Source: Obrimoposthia wandeli
Taxonomy: Eukaryota
Assembly: GCA_977020255.1 (NCBI GenBank)
Contig: CDROCS010003796.1
Location: 186,001 to 250,000 of the forward strand
Direction: 5' to 3'
Length of the DNA: 64,000 nt
Below, in pieces: positions 12,418 through 24,766 of this stretch. Both the position numbers and the translations under genes were made by a program. Below the pieces are notes generated by a model that was not told the origin of the DNA, searched no databases, and saw nothing but the letters and a program-made list of their open reading frames with translations. Position 1 is the stretch's first letter; every line of letters begins with the position of its first letter.

Positions 12418-13339
12418 CTGTGAGGAGAAGGAATGAAAGTCAAGCACAACAGTCGAGTGGATGGAGGTCACCTGTTCACTGACTTCTACAAATTGTCTCT
12501 CTCTCTAGCTCTTTTCGCTTATGAATTTACAAAAGACATGCGGAGATAACGGCTCTGTGACATCAAATAGATTTCGCTATTTCAGATCCTTTGTGTATTG
12601 ACACCAATTGAAAGAGCAGAATTCCAAAGTTGAATAACTTTACATAACTTTAAATACATTCTTCAAAGTTATAACATGTTTGAGGAAATAGCGGTTCAAA
12701 ATGTGGAGGAGGAAAATCGTATGGTGGGGTTGGGACCGGACCATGTACCTGACATTGTGAGTTCTTGAACATAGAAAGATCAATCTTCGTGGAATTCAAG
12801 ATCTTTGCGTCGAGCAATACTTCATTTAAAATCAGAATATGCTGAAGAACCATAAATATACTGAGATATAAATCTGTTGTGAGATAAAGATCAAACTTTC
12901 CAAGAAGCTCTGACTATTCCGAGTAGAGATCGACCAAAGGAGTTCTTAACGGAACCGCATTCAGTGACAAGAAGATGTCCAGCTTGTGAGTGCAACTACA
13001 CAGCCAGAAAAGACAATATAACGAGCGAGAGAGCCAAGTCAGAGTTTCCCAGGGGTTATGATTCATTTTCTCAAAGAAACAGCTGACCTAATTATTAAAC
13101 TCCACCATGGAGAAGGTTTTGTTTATCAGAAGACGGTCTTCTATACACGAGGAAGTCGATCTTCATTGTCTGGTTTCTTATTTTAAAAAGCGAAATAAAG
13201 TTGATAGACCATGTAAGTCATATACAATAAAAGTAGATGTAATGAAAATGTGTGTAATAAGAGCCTAAATGAGAGAGAGGTGCCATGAGGTATCAATTGT
13301 GCAGAACAGTACATCTAAATGCCGTTGTGTGGTGCGCAC

Positions 13340-13444
13340 CTTGATGCGCCAGAGTCGCGTCAGTCTATCATAGACCCCCACGGTACCGTTTGCGAGACCA
13401 TACCCGAACATGGACCCGCCCATGCTGCACAAGTTGGTCACCAC
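13340..13444 (-). CDS. BBS2: BBS2 exon 4 ([35 protein letters not shown])
   Basis: Matches [23 protein letters not shown]; missed by the ORF track. Confidence 0.93.
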
Positions 13445-13549
13445 CTGAATGGGGGGTTGTTGCTGTCATACTCTGTTCCTCTCGGCCACTGTCTCCTCCC
13501 TACATCTCCAAAATATATTCTCAACTTTGAGGGCCCAGGCTGAAATTCT

Positions 13550-15190
13550 AGTCAGATGCCCCAACCCAGTCACATGCCACAACCCAGTCACATGCCACAA
13601 CCCAGTCACATGCCACAACCCAGTCACATGCCCCAACCCAGTCACATGCCCCAACCCAGTCACAAGCCCCAACCCAGTCACATGCCCCAACCCAGTCACA
13701 TGCCCCAACCCAGTCACATGCCCCAACCCAGTCACATGCCCCAACCCAGTCACATGCCCCAACCCAGTCACATGCCCCAACCCAGTCACATGCCCCAACC
13801 CAGTCACAAGCCCCAACCCAGTCAGATGCCCCAACCCAGTCACATGCCCCAACCCAGTCACATGCCCCAACCCAGTCACATGCCCCAACCCAGTCACATG
13901 CCCCAACCCAGTCACATGCCCCAACCCAGTCACATGCCCCAACCCAGTCACATGCCCCAACCCAGTCACATGCCCCAACCCAGTCACATGCCCCAACCCA
14001 GTCACATGCCCCAACCCAGTCACATGCCCCAACCCAGTCACATGCCCCAACCCAGTCACATGCCCCAACCCAGTCACATGCCCCAACCCAGTCACATGCC
14101 CCAGTCACATGCCCCAGCAGTCACACCCTAACCCAGTCACATGCCCCAACCCAGTCACATGCCCCAACCCAGTCACATGCCCCAACCCAGTCACATGCCC
14201 CAACCCAGTCACATGCCCCAACCCAGTCACATGCCCCAACCCAGTCACATGCCCCAACCCAGTCACATGCCCCAACCCAGTCTCCCAATCCAGTCACATG
14301 CCCCAACCCAGTCACATGCCCCAACCCAGTCACATGCCCCAACCCAGTCACATGCCAGTCACATGCCCCAACCCAGTCACATGCCCCAACCCAGTCACAA
14401 ACCCAGTCACATGCCCCAACCCAGTCACATGCCCCAACCCAGTCACATGCCCCAACCCAGTCACAAGCCCCAACCCAGTCACATGCCCCAACCCAGTCAC
14501 AAGCCCCAACCCAGTCACATGCCCCAACCCAGTCACATGCCCCAACCCAGTCACATGCTCACATGCCCCAACCCAGTCACATGCCCCAACCCAGTCACAT
14601 GCCCCAACCCAGTCACATGCCCCAACCCAGTCACATGCCCCAACCCAGTCACATGCCACAACAGTCACCCCCAGTCACATGCCCCAACCCAGTCACATGC
14701 CCCAACCCAGTCACATGCCCCAACCCAGTCACATGCCCCAACCCAGTCACATGCCCCAACCCAGTCACATGCCCCAACCCAGTCACATGCCCCAACCCAG
14801 TCACATGCCACAACCCAGTCACATGCCCCAACCCAGTCACATGCCCCAACCCAGTCACATGCCACAACCCAGTCACATGCCCCAACCCAGTCACATGCCC
14901 CAACCCAGTCACATGCCACAACCCAGTCACATGCCCCAACCCAGTCACATGCCCCAACCCAGTCAGATGCCCCAACACAGTCACATGCCCCAACCCAGTC
15001 ACATGCCCCAACACAGTCACATGCCCCAACCCAGTCACATGCCCCAACCCAGTCACATGCCCCAACACAGTCACATGCCCTAACCCAGTCACATGCCCCA
15101 ACCCAGTCACATGCCCCAACCCAGTCACAAGCCCCAACCCAGTCACAAGCCCCAACCCAGTCAGATGTCCCAATATAGTCAGATGTCACA
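13550..15190. repeat. 18-bp minisatellite CCCCAACCCAGTCACATG, ~90 copies, filling BBS2 intron 3
   Basis: Periodicity is directly visible. Confidence 0.98.
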
Positions 15191-15205
15191 ACGTAGTACA
15201 CCAAC

Positions 15206-15529
15206 CTCGGTCTCGGTGATCTCATGTAAAATGTCGTCCTGTCGGAACAGTCGCAGTTCAAAATCTTCAGAGCCAACCACAAGCAAAGATTGACCGGCTT
15301 GGGTGGTATCAGTTATGATGGTGAGAGCGCTAACTCGGTCTCCCGTCACTGTCCACAGTAACTCTTCCCCGTGCCAGTTGAAACCTGCCAAAGAGCAGTG
15401 ACCACCGACTACAGCCACAGTACCGTCATCCTCCTCCTGGTTCTCTCGACCTGGCTCTTCTCCTGGCTTCTGGGCAGCTGGCGAAATTAACCCGCGACCA
15501 ACAACACAGCTGCTGCCGCCGTCTGGTAG
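15206..15529 (-). CDS. BBS2: BBS2 exon 3 (LPDGG...GHCSLAGF...WTVTGDRV...VGSEDFELRLF...EITETE)
   Basis: Matches BBS2 GNCALQGF...WTVTGDNV...VGSEDFDIRVF...MTETE; phase 0/0. Confidence 0.95.
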
Positions 15530-15589
15530 CTGAATGAGAAAGAAAACCATTGTAAGCAGCAGCAGCACTTAGTTTTAGAATATTTCCTC

Positions 15590-15810
15590 CAGAAAATTAA
15601 CTGCCCTCCTGGTATAACTACGAAGTGGCCACTGCAGGAGCAAACTTGAATCTATATAACCCTTCTAACGACCCTAAATGCCCAAGATGTTCGAATACCA
15701 CGCTCTCCTTCGAGCACTGGTTTAACGAATGCCCAGAGTAAGATGGTCTTGGGGATCACATGACTATAAGCTCGTCCGACCACATCAACAACACCAACAA
15801 CAAAAACGAA
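15590..15810 (+). mobile_element. 3' end of a non-LTR retrotransposon with a (CAA)n-like tail
   Basis: LRSGHC and CPRCSNTTLSFEHWFNEC (C-terminal CCHC), followed by caacaacaccaacaacaaaaac. Confidence 0.65.
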
Positions 15811-15849
15811 TATGTAAACACCAGTTTGTTCACAGATTATTTAGCAGTT

Positions 15850-16500
15850 TGGGGACAAGCAAATAGTGCAATGAGGCTACGACGCAGCCGACAAAGTTAC
15901 TGCTTGAAGCCAGAAGTGACAGCATGGATATGTTGACTGTGAAAACCTCATTGCAGAAGTTGGAAGGATCCAGAAAGAAGCAGCCCGTATCATTTTGGGA
16001 GCAGGAAGGGCTGGAAGAGTAATAAACTTACGGACCTTTTAACAAGAGTAAGAAAAGCTACAGTCACGTACAAGAGAAGCCGATGGGTTAACCTCAACAA
16101 CGAACGGAGAAAACTGGTTGAGATTAACATCAACGCTCGAGTGAAGCAGTGTGGATAGAGAGAAGACGGATGAAGAGTTCAAGGGGGCTGAGATAACGGG
16201 AATTTTCTTCCATTCAGTGCTCCTTGGAAAGACTGTTGTGAGACAAGGCTGGAGTTGGAGGGTTGTTAGGAGTGATAGTGTCATCAGAAACCGCGAATTA
16301 GCACACAAGAAACTCAGGGGTAATGCTGAGTTTAATATGGTGCTGAACCGATTTCCCTGTGTGGTTACGAAGTGTGATGCGTGATGTCCAGAGAGGCTCG
16401 AAGAAATGGATATTGCGACTGGAGTGTATTGTTTGTCATATCAAGCAGAGATGACGGCTCTTTAGTTGAAGCACTAAGACGATTGGAAAATAAAGCAGCT
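15850..16500 (+). pseudogene. Degenerate LINE ORF2 relic
   Basis: RIQKEAARIILG resembles the LExVQRRAARxI motif of post-RT regions. Confidence 0.35.
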
Positions 16501-17399
16501 GACCGTAGAGCGCAGCCGATAGTTTCCGGAGATACCCTATGGGGCACTCACTAGACTGATGAATTGTGCCACCTGTGTGGTGAGGAGAAAAACACAGAAC
16601 ACCTCTTCCTCTGGCATATAGCAACAACGATTAAAAGGTTTGAGTGCAATATGTGGTCCCTGGCTGACGTTTGCTTGAAACATGCCTGATCGCATGTGTA
16701 GTTCAGAGATAGCGCAGTTCGAACTCCAGTTTGAACAACAATAACAGACTTCTGGAAAACCTGGAGAGCCATTGACAGTGGACTGGCAAATATGGAAATC
16801 TTTCAGTGGTGTGCCTTGGGACCCGAGAATGTGTGAAAAGGATCAAAGCACAGGTAGTGCTGATTCAGGTATTCTGTTTTTTGTTTGTTGGGAAGCTGAG
16901 AGTATAGATCAGTAGTCAACCCCTGGGAACCGTGGCTATGGTCCGATGATGTAGAGAGTAGCCCTGGGTCAAATTGTGGAGTATGAGGTTGAACCATCAG
17001 TCATATGTACCCACTGGTATCGTGCCCACTGGAAATGTAGTAGAGTCAACAGAGAAATCTTCTACGGTTTGGAGGAGAATGGAAATTGGAAATGCATGAA
17101 GTACGGTAATGGTAACACGGAAACTCCTAGTGAGGATACCATCACAACGGGATTATCTAATAGAAAGTGTGGTGCAAAGTGCTGTGTATGCACAAAATAA
17201 CTTCAATATAGGTGACGTGCAGAGCTGGGCATAGGAAATGTACTCGTGAAAATAGGTAAACAAGAGAACAGAGTACTGGCTGAATCAGTAGTATATAGTG
17301 TCGGTACTAACTCAAAAGAAACGTTCCCCGTGGGCTGTTCCTTTGAGTTAGTACTAACACTATAGTGCCTAAAAAGTCTATATGTAGTCATTTTTAGAC

Positions 17400-18250
17400 A
17401 GAATGTCTTTTTAAATATAGGTCAAAATTTTTGAAATTTGCGGAACTTTTTTTTTTAAGGTCAAGTTGAGGTCAACAAATCTAGGTTATGACCTAATGAG
17501 GTCATGACCCCCCATACTTAGGACAAAATGTCTTTGTTCTGAAAGACACACATACAGTAGGGGGATGTGTGTCTTTCAGGACAAAGACATTTTGAGCATA
17601 CCATCCCACCCTTGAGCACAGCTTAAGGTCACGATGAGGACATGACCTCATGAGGACAAGTTAAGGTCACGCTGGGGTCATGACCTCATGAGGACAAGTC
17701 AAGGTCACGCTGGGGTCATGACCTCATGAGAACAAGTCAAGGTCATGACGTCATGAGGACAATGTACTTTACGTTCACGGTGAGGTCAAAAAGATGACTC
17801 ATCAATGACTCATCGATGACTCATCCTATGACTCATCGATGACTCATATTCTATTTTAAGTAACAAACTTTAAAACTATATATATTTTTATCTAAAAGTG
17901 GTATTAACACGCGGTTTTCACAATAAGACATCTCGTGTGTGTGTGTGTGTTCAAGCTTATGTTATTTATTTAAATTAAATTATCTACTTATAAAATAAAG
18001 TATTATATAATTTGATAATTAAGTTTAAACGTTCCTATATCTATCTAACAAAGACAGTCACGTACTGCATCTATATTGCAAATACTTGCATCTTTATGTA
18101 ATCAATAGTAACAACTCACGTACTACATTTATTCTTATACATGTATATATGCGTGTGTGTCTAACAAAGACAGTCATCAATACCTACAAAGACAGTCACG
18201 TACTGCATCTATATTGCAAAAAAACTGCAACTTTATGTAAATACAAATAA
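17400..18250. repeat. Left TIR-like region of the Polinton, with 38-bp sub-repeats and a TGACTCA cluster
   Basis: Homologous to 4760-5200 and to the TIRs of 51479-56744. Confidence 0.8.
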
Positions 18251-19782
18251 TTTTAAAGACAAGTATTCTTTAACACATATATTCCTTAAAATCACAAAGG
18301 AGAATAAAAATATATACAAACACATATAAAAAGTTTATACAACATCGTCTGGGTATAAAAAGTGACCATAGGCAACTGATCGGTTTTTTTCCACCCACTT
18401 GCGTTTATCATCGCTACTGCTTAAGGCAATTTTACTTAACCTTACAGTAAAAAGTTGATGATTTAGCGAGCTTATACGTTGTTTTTGTACACGCTCGCTA
18501 ACGCCACTCATAGACGACTAAGTACCTGTTCCTGTGTGAGTTGTCGCATCACCTCGATCGCACTTGTCTGTCGGAGACTAATACCTTTGGCTCTCATCTG
18601 AGATTCACCTTCTGTAGTCTCTAGGCTATATGATTTTGGACGTAAAAAATCCCTTGCCTATAGCTAAATAATCCCTTGCTCTCATCTTTAAATTTTCCTA
18701 TCGCTGTATTAAGCGTTGTATAAAGCGGATGGGTTTTTGGAAATTTCAAGGTATCCAACAGTCCATCAGCAATCATAGCAGGTAACAGTGATTCTTGAAC
18801 ATTTACATTATTACACTTCAAGAAAAAGCTATCAGTGTAACCCGCTATAATTCTAATGTCACAGTTAAATTGAACTCGATATTTCTCCAACTGCTCATAT
18901 TGTAGCTCATACATACGAAGTTTGCTTAAATCTAATACTGCCTGGCCCATGTAAATAGGACGATCCAAAACAATATTTTCCTTATCCAGTAAAACTGCAA
19001 TAAGGTCCGTATCGATTTCGATTGTCCTACGAAAGTGGGCTTTACTGCAATAGGTAACCAGCTTCTGTGGAGTATTACAAATCCGGAGGTTAATTCTTTT
19101 CATCAGATTCTCAATGAGATTTCCAAATAAAGAATTCACCTTCAGTTTGTAATAATCCCGCTCGAAATCTGTTGTAGCCGCAGCTCTTTTGAGAGAATTA
19201 TCCTCAATATATTTTGAAAAAACATTAGTTTGTTCAAACTGTATTGCTCTGTATACAAAATCTACCTTAGCACCAAGTCTAACGTACATTTGTAGCAATA
19301 TAGAATGCACAACATAATGTTTCTTAGGGTAATGCGTTAATAACAATTTTTAAGTCTTACACCCTGGTGGACGCTGTTTAATTGGAGCAAGGAAAGATCG
19401 TCGAATTTATTATGAAGCTCATTGGGAATGGATAAATATATTTCCAATAAATGAGCGAAGCGACTACAGGATAAATCTGCTGATTTTAAGCGGGAAATAA
19501 TATTCCCCAACTCTAACTGATCAGTCACCCAGGAAAAGTAACTACAAGGTAAAAACTGGGACATAGCTCACCCGTACAAATTATTTACATCCATGTACAA
19601 AAGTTCTGTACCATTGATGGCGTCCACGCGGTGTTCATTGACAAAGGTCATACCCCGGCGAATCCCAGAGCGGAAAAGACGATACATTTCTGGATCCTGT
19701 ATTAGCTCGACTCGTACAGGGGGAGCAGAAGAAGAAGATTCCGAGCGAAGCAGGGATTTGAAAGCACTCGCGAAAGTCAGTC

Positions 19783-20019
19783 CTGGAAATAAAACATTTA
19801 TTAAAATCATTAATTTGTGAAAATCATTAATTTGTGAAAATCATTAATTTGTGAAAATCATTAATTTGTGAAAATCATTAATTTGTGAAAATCATTAATT
19901 TGTGAAAATAATTACTTTGTGAAAATTATTACTTTATGAAAATCATTACTTTATGAAAAGTTACTTAATAAAAATTACTTAATGAAAATTTACTTGGTGA
20001 AAATTAATTAAATACAAAC
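19783..20019 (-). other. 237-nt GT-AG intron in pPolB containing a 17-bp tandem repeat
   Basis: CCT G|GTTTGT...TTTCCAG|GA CTG; splicing gives FFSIPGLTFASAFKS in frame. Confidence 0.88.
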
Positions 20020-22501
20020 CAGGGATGGAGAAGAAATTGAGTGGCTCCAATCCATCGTCAGCAATGGCCTTGGTCCGGAATGCTGTAAACACATCTGCTA
20101 AAAGGTAGACGTCCATCTTCATATATACTAGCATATAGTCCCAGAGCGATGAGCAGCCGCTCTGAGTCCAGACCATCTTCGCCATTTCATATTGTGCTGG
20201 CTTGATCTTCTCATCCCACTTTGGCGGTAAGCTGGTGATTGCACGAAGAGCAGTCTCTGATACTACCATATCGTATAGGAAGATTCCCTTAACGCTCACC
20301 AGATGTTGCGGGAAGACCGAATATGTAAGAGGAGTCACATCCAGGTTTTCTACAAGTTTTTCAAGTCCGCTGTTCAAAAATTGCAAGGAATCTATAAAGC
20401 GTATACAGACTCCTCCAATATACACCATCATAGCCTGGAATTTTTTTGTTGATTGAGGTATAACAGAGACATTCCAGTCAGGAAACTTGCACAGTGCGTG
20501 TTTCAATATGTGGTGCATGTCATAACCCATAAGATTATGAAAAATGACGGGAAAAGATCGATTAATTCTCCTTGATAAGTTGCATTTCGTATGCGCTGCT
20601 CCCAGGTATTCGCCAGTCATGTGATCGTGATCTCGAACTTTGTTTGTGAGTTTCTTCTTACACAGATAACAGATTCTTGCTGCATTGAAACTCGATACAT
20701 GTTCCTGTGTGAGTTGTTGCATCACCTCGATCGCATGCTTCTTGTACCATGGGAGTACAACCTCTTTCGCCAAGTCCTCTAATTTCTGTAAAAAGGATAC
20801 CACACAAGATTCCCCAGTAAAAACCGAGTAATCATGTGTGTACCCTCTCGTGGCTGCAACGGGAGACATGAGCATACTGGCTGAGATTGGAAGCTGAATC
20901 TGATGATGGATTCCACGTGGCGGCAGCACAGCCTCAAAGTCCACGTAAACAGCAAAAGGCGGAGAAATCGTTTTTGAAAAGTCCTTAAACTTAATATGCT
21001 TCTCTGTATGCATTGAATAAAGCGTTGTATGATCTAAATTCATCCTACAGAGTGGAACGTGTTTGGCGTAACTTATTGGACTCCGGAATCCATGAAGACA
21101 CTTATGGCACCAAGTACACCGAATGCAATTAGATACACCTTTGTTCCTATAATTAAGCAGCCTATTGAGTTTAGGAATACTGACATTATGAAAATTATCA
21201 TTATTTTCTAAAAGGAGAAGATTGATTGCTTTAGCGTCCGAGTTTGTGGCTCTGTATATGACATCCACATATGGATTTTTGAAGATATCCCTATATGTTT
21301 GCTCATCAGAGAACCTATTGAATGTAAATACGTTGATTGAGAGAGATGGATTCTTTCTCTCAAATCGCGGTATGTTACATAGACGCATTGGCATCTCATT
21401 CTCATCAAAAACTAATTGACTCAAAAGGGCATCATATTGATTAACCCTATGAGGATTAGAGCGAAATAGATCGCGGAAAAGTATAGATAGGATACTGTAA
21501 AGGAAGCAAAACGTGTTAGAGTTCTGCACATTGATAACGCAATGTGAGAGTGCTAACTCGGATGGAGTAGGTATATAACTACTCCCTAGGAGATAGTTCA
21601 TTGTTGCTGTTTTAGTCACAACAAACGAAATTTCACGAAAGCGGTTCACTACCCAATTACTGCTACTTTGCGAATAATTCTCAATCTTCTTGTTGATCCC
21701 ATCTATTCCCGCATCTATAAACCCCTCATCTATGGGGAGCCCTCTATTGGAAAAATTCCAAGCACGTGTTTCTCCAATATTGGAAAATTCAACACGCACC
21801 CCGAATTGAACCTTGCAAGTCGCAAACTTGCTGACTGTGTCCCTTAAGCTAGTCAAAAGTGATACAGGAACTTGTAAATCGATGACATTGTCATAAGAAA
21901 CATCTAATGACAATGTCTCAATCGTGCCCCGAAGACTAGTCTTACGCTTAACAGCATTAACCCTGGACAACTTCGCAACAGAGCTACTTGAAGTAGGCAT
22001 AACACTTCTCTTGCGGGTAGATACTGGTAACGGCGCGGGGATCATACCAACTGGAGGAGGCATAACCTGAAGCATAGTAGAGGGTACAGCAGATGGTGGC
22101 GCAGCAATTGACGCAGCAACTGGAACAGCAACTGGGGTAGCAATTGGAGCAGTAACTGGGGACGAAGCAGTAACTGGGAACGAAGCAGTAACTGGTGCAG
22201 CAATTGGGACAGCAACTGGCGAAGCAACTGGAGCAGCAACCCGATCTTGAGAAATGGTAACAGGAGAAGCAGCATGAGCTCTATCCTGGAAGATGGCCTT
22301 CTTGCCACGTTGCTGGAAATGGCAAAGATGGACACGATGACGCGCCACAAACTCCAACCAATCAATCTCCTCCGTGGAGAGACATACTGGGCATACGTAG
22401 AATTGTTGTCCATTGAACTTTTGTCCAAAGTAGCTCTTCATTTTTCAGTCACATTCCTTGTGACTCTCCTCAAAACATAATTGTTTATTCATGTTGCAAT
22501 T

Positions 22502-22544
22502 CTACAAAGAAAAATAATGAATATAGAAATAACAAGAAACTTAC
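22502..22544 (-). other. 43-nt GT-AG intron immediately after the pPolB start codon
   Basis: ATG|GTAAGT...TTTGTAG|AAT; the spliced frame joins the 820-aa ORF with one TGA at 22445-22447. Confidence 0.75.
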
Positions 22545-22862
22545 CATTTTCAATTTCATTTATAATAGAGAGTTATTTGTTGATTGATGCTTGCTTATAT
22601 ACTATTTTCGAGCTAGTATTAAGCCAATCAGATTCATTCATTATTTAAACTAATCAGATTCATTTATTATTTAAAACAAATCAGAATAGAAAATAGTTTA
22701 CTGATTAATGTGAGTAGTTGATTTTTCATTAATATTTAAATAATCCAAACTAGCTGCAAAGCATTTCTTGTATGCACAATGCTCTCCATGTTTAATATAT
22801 GGACAATTGATATTTGATGGATTTAATTGTTTTAATGTTTTCGAGTAATTTATCACTCTAAC

Positions 22863-23132
22863 TTAAGGAAAATATTTATTGAATGTTTTTATTTTAGCTC
22901 CATTATACTCATCCAAAACAAAGAAAATTGATTTGGATACATCACAACAATTTTTTATTTCCTCAGTTATTTCTTGTATCTTGAAATAACTATTACCATC
23001 AACTAGTTTTAGTCGATGGTAATGCTTAATGAGATATATATTTATTTTTTTTGATTTTCTATTCATCATGACCCATATAGGTTGCATTTTAAAAACATAA
23101 TGTTTAGGATAGAAGATTGCATCCACATCCAT
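22863..23132 (-). CDS. Polinton orphan ORF, 89 aa
   Basis: Open ORF between PRO and polB, co-oriented with both; no motif recognised. Confidence 0.55.
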   Translation of the reverse strand: MDVDAIFYPKHYVFKMQPIWVMMNRKSKKINIYLIKHYHRLKLVDGNSYFKIQEITEEIKNCCDVSKSIFFVLDEYNGAKIKTFNKYFP

Positions 23133-23243
23133 TAAAAATAGTTCCTTTATTACAAATTCAGTATTATTATCAATAAAAGCTTCAAAATCAATAAAATAAA
23201 CAGATATTTTTATAGCAATAATTTTATTTTATATTGTTTATAT

Positions 23244-23585
23244 CTATTGTTTATGCTTTAACCAAAGCAGACAGAGTTGTCCACATGACTGTGTTAAAAC
23301 ATTTTGATAATGTTTCTTACTAAAATGTACTTTCTTTCCAGATTCAAGTACTGTAGATACTAATTTAGAGGGGTAATATATCCCAAAGGGGTCAAAAACA
23401 AAGATTTCAATTTCTTTAACATGTATTGCAATCCAATGTTCACCACGCAAATTAGATGAATGTGTACTGATTACATATCCACCTAAACGAGTCAAAGGGG
23501 GGATATGATCAAGACTGTAGACTCCATTGAAACGCGAACCGAGTAGTTTTCTTCCGCTTTTTGTTATCTCGTCCGAACTAGATTA
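23244..23585 (-). pseudogene. pro: Adenain-like cysteine protease (Polinton PRO); start codon unclear
   Basis: GEHW, FDPFG and Q...SCGQLC catalytic motifs; the frame extends upstream (FNGVYSLDHIP). Confidence 0.92.
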
Positions 23586-23650
23586 TATATTAATTAATTA
23601 ATTAAAACTGACTTACTTCATTTATATCTTCTTTATTGTTTTCATTCTGT

Positions 23651-24634
23651 TTATACTAGCACTGTTCCTCCCTTGATAATTTGAACCTCAGAATCGAATA
23701 CTCCATAGATTATAATATTAGTAGGATGTTTAAGTGCTTTTGAAAACTTGATTTCTACTTTCAAATTTCCCTGTTTAGGGATTTGAGCTTGATTAATATC
23801 TAAATCAGGAGAGAGAACAAATGTGAACAGTGTATAATTGTCCTTGAAATCAGTCATTGAAATTCCAATATTAGCATCCTTATCCAAATGACCAAGATTT
23901 CTAATTAAAGATTGCACATAAGAAAACACATAATCATTATTTTCAAAGTCATTTGTATAAGATTCTTGATAATAAATATTTCTTGCAAGTTTAATTGAAC
24001 TCACATTCATATGTCCAAATTGAGAAACCTCATTTTTAGACTCACCTCCATAGGTAGAAGTGTTTTGCAAAGCAATTAAAACAAAGTTTGGAAGTTGCAT
24101 ATCACTGCATATAAATCTGATCCTTGTAATAAGATAGTGCTCCCGTAGGGTTAGCGTGAGAAACAAGATTAGTTTTTCTAATAGGATAACATGCATTTTG
24201 CTTCTCCAACCCTATTCGATGTGCAACGAGTACAGATGGTTCCACCCTTTACTCTTCTAACCAACAGTTTTGCTTCGGTAATCTCAATTGCTGCTTTAAT
24301 AGTATCGGCGCAAACAACACTAAAACCTACTGGATTTCTCTTCATTCGAATATGTGCACTTACACCGGGTAAAAGATACTTTGGTTGCTTAAAGAAATCC
24401 AAATGGAGACTGCCACAAAGTGACAATACTTTAGACTTTGCAATCGAAGCTGTTCTTCTTTTTTCATCATCATCAAACCCAATTGCATCAAGATTAATCA
24501 ATTTCGTATCATTACCATAATTTAGAAATGTTTCAATCATTGCTTTATGGGTGTAACTAGTATTATTTCCCTCAACTTTCACATTATTGAGACTGAGAAT
24601 CACATCCTTGAAAAGAGTATGCAACATGTAATTA
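23651..24634 (-). pseudogene. MCP: Major capsid protein (PY), C-terminal part, frameshifted
   Basis: YMLHTLFKDV, LHLDFFKQPKYLLPGV, YTLFTFVLSPD and GNLKVEIKFSKAL. Confidence 0.92.
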
Positions 24635-24766
24635 CAGTAATTATTCACCTATAAGGGTGTCCAGTCACCGAAAATTTCACGCTTCACCTAACAAAGGGTG
24701 CCCGGTCACCGGATTTAAGTCCTTGATTTTTTTTAATCACAGAGAAAATTCAACTCAATGATCAAT

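Larger units (their letters stand above)
18335..22547 (-). pseudogene. polB: Protein-primed family B DNA polymerase, 3 exons (22545-22547, 20020-22501, 18335-19782), inactivated
   Basis: Exo motifs DFEA, HNLMGYD and YMKMD; DHDHMTG endonuclease-VII-like motif; motif A YMDVNNLYG; motif B KLKVNSLFG; motif C mutated to GYTDS; stops and frameshifts present. Confidence 0.96.

Noticed and set aside
13449-15282. Long CPNPVT / PQPSHM / GACDWV ORFs up to 544 aa
   Set aside because: The 18-bp minisatellite is open in several frames and lies inside a BBS2 intron.
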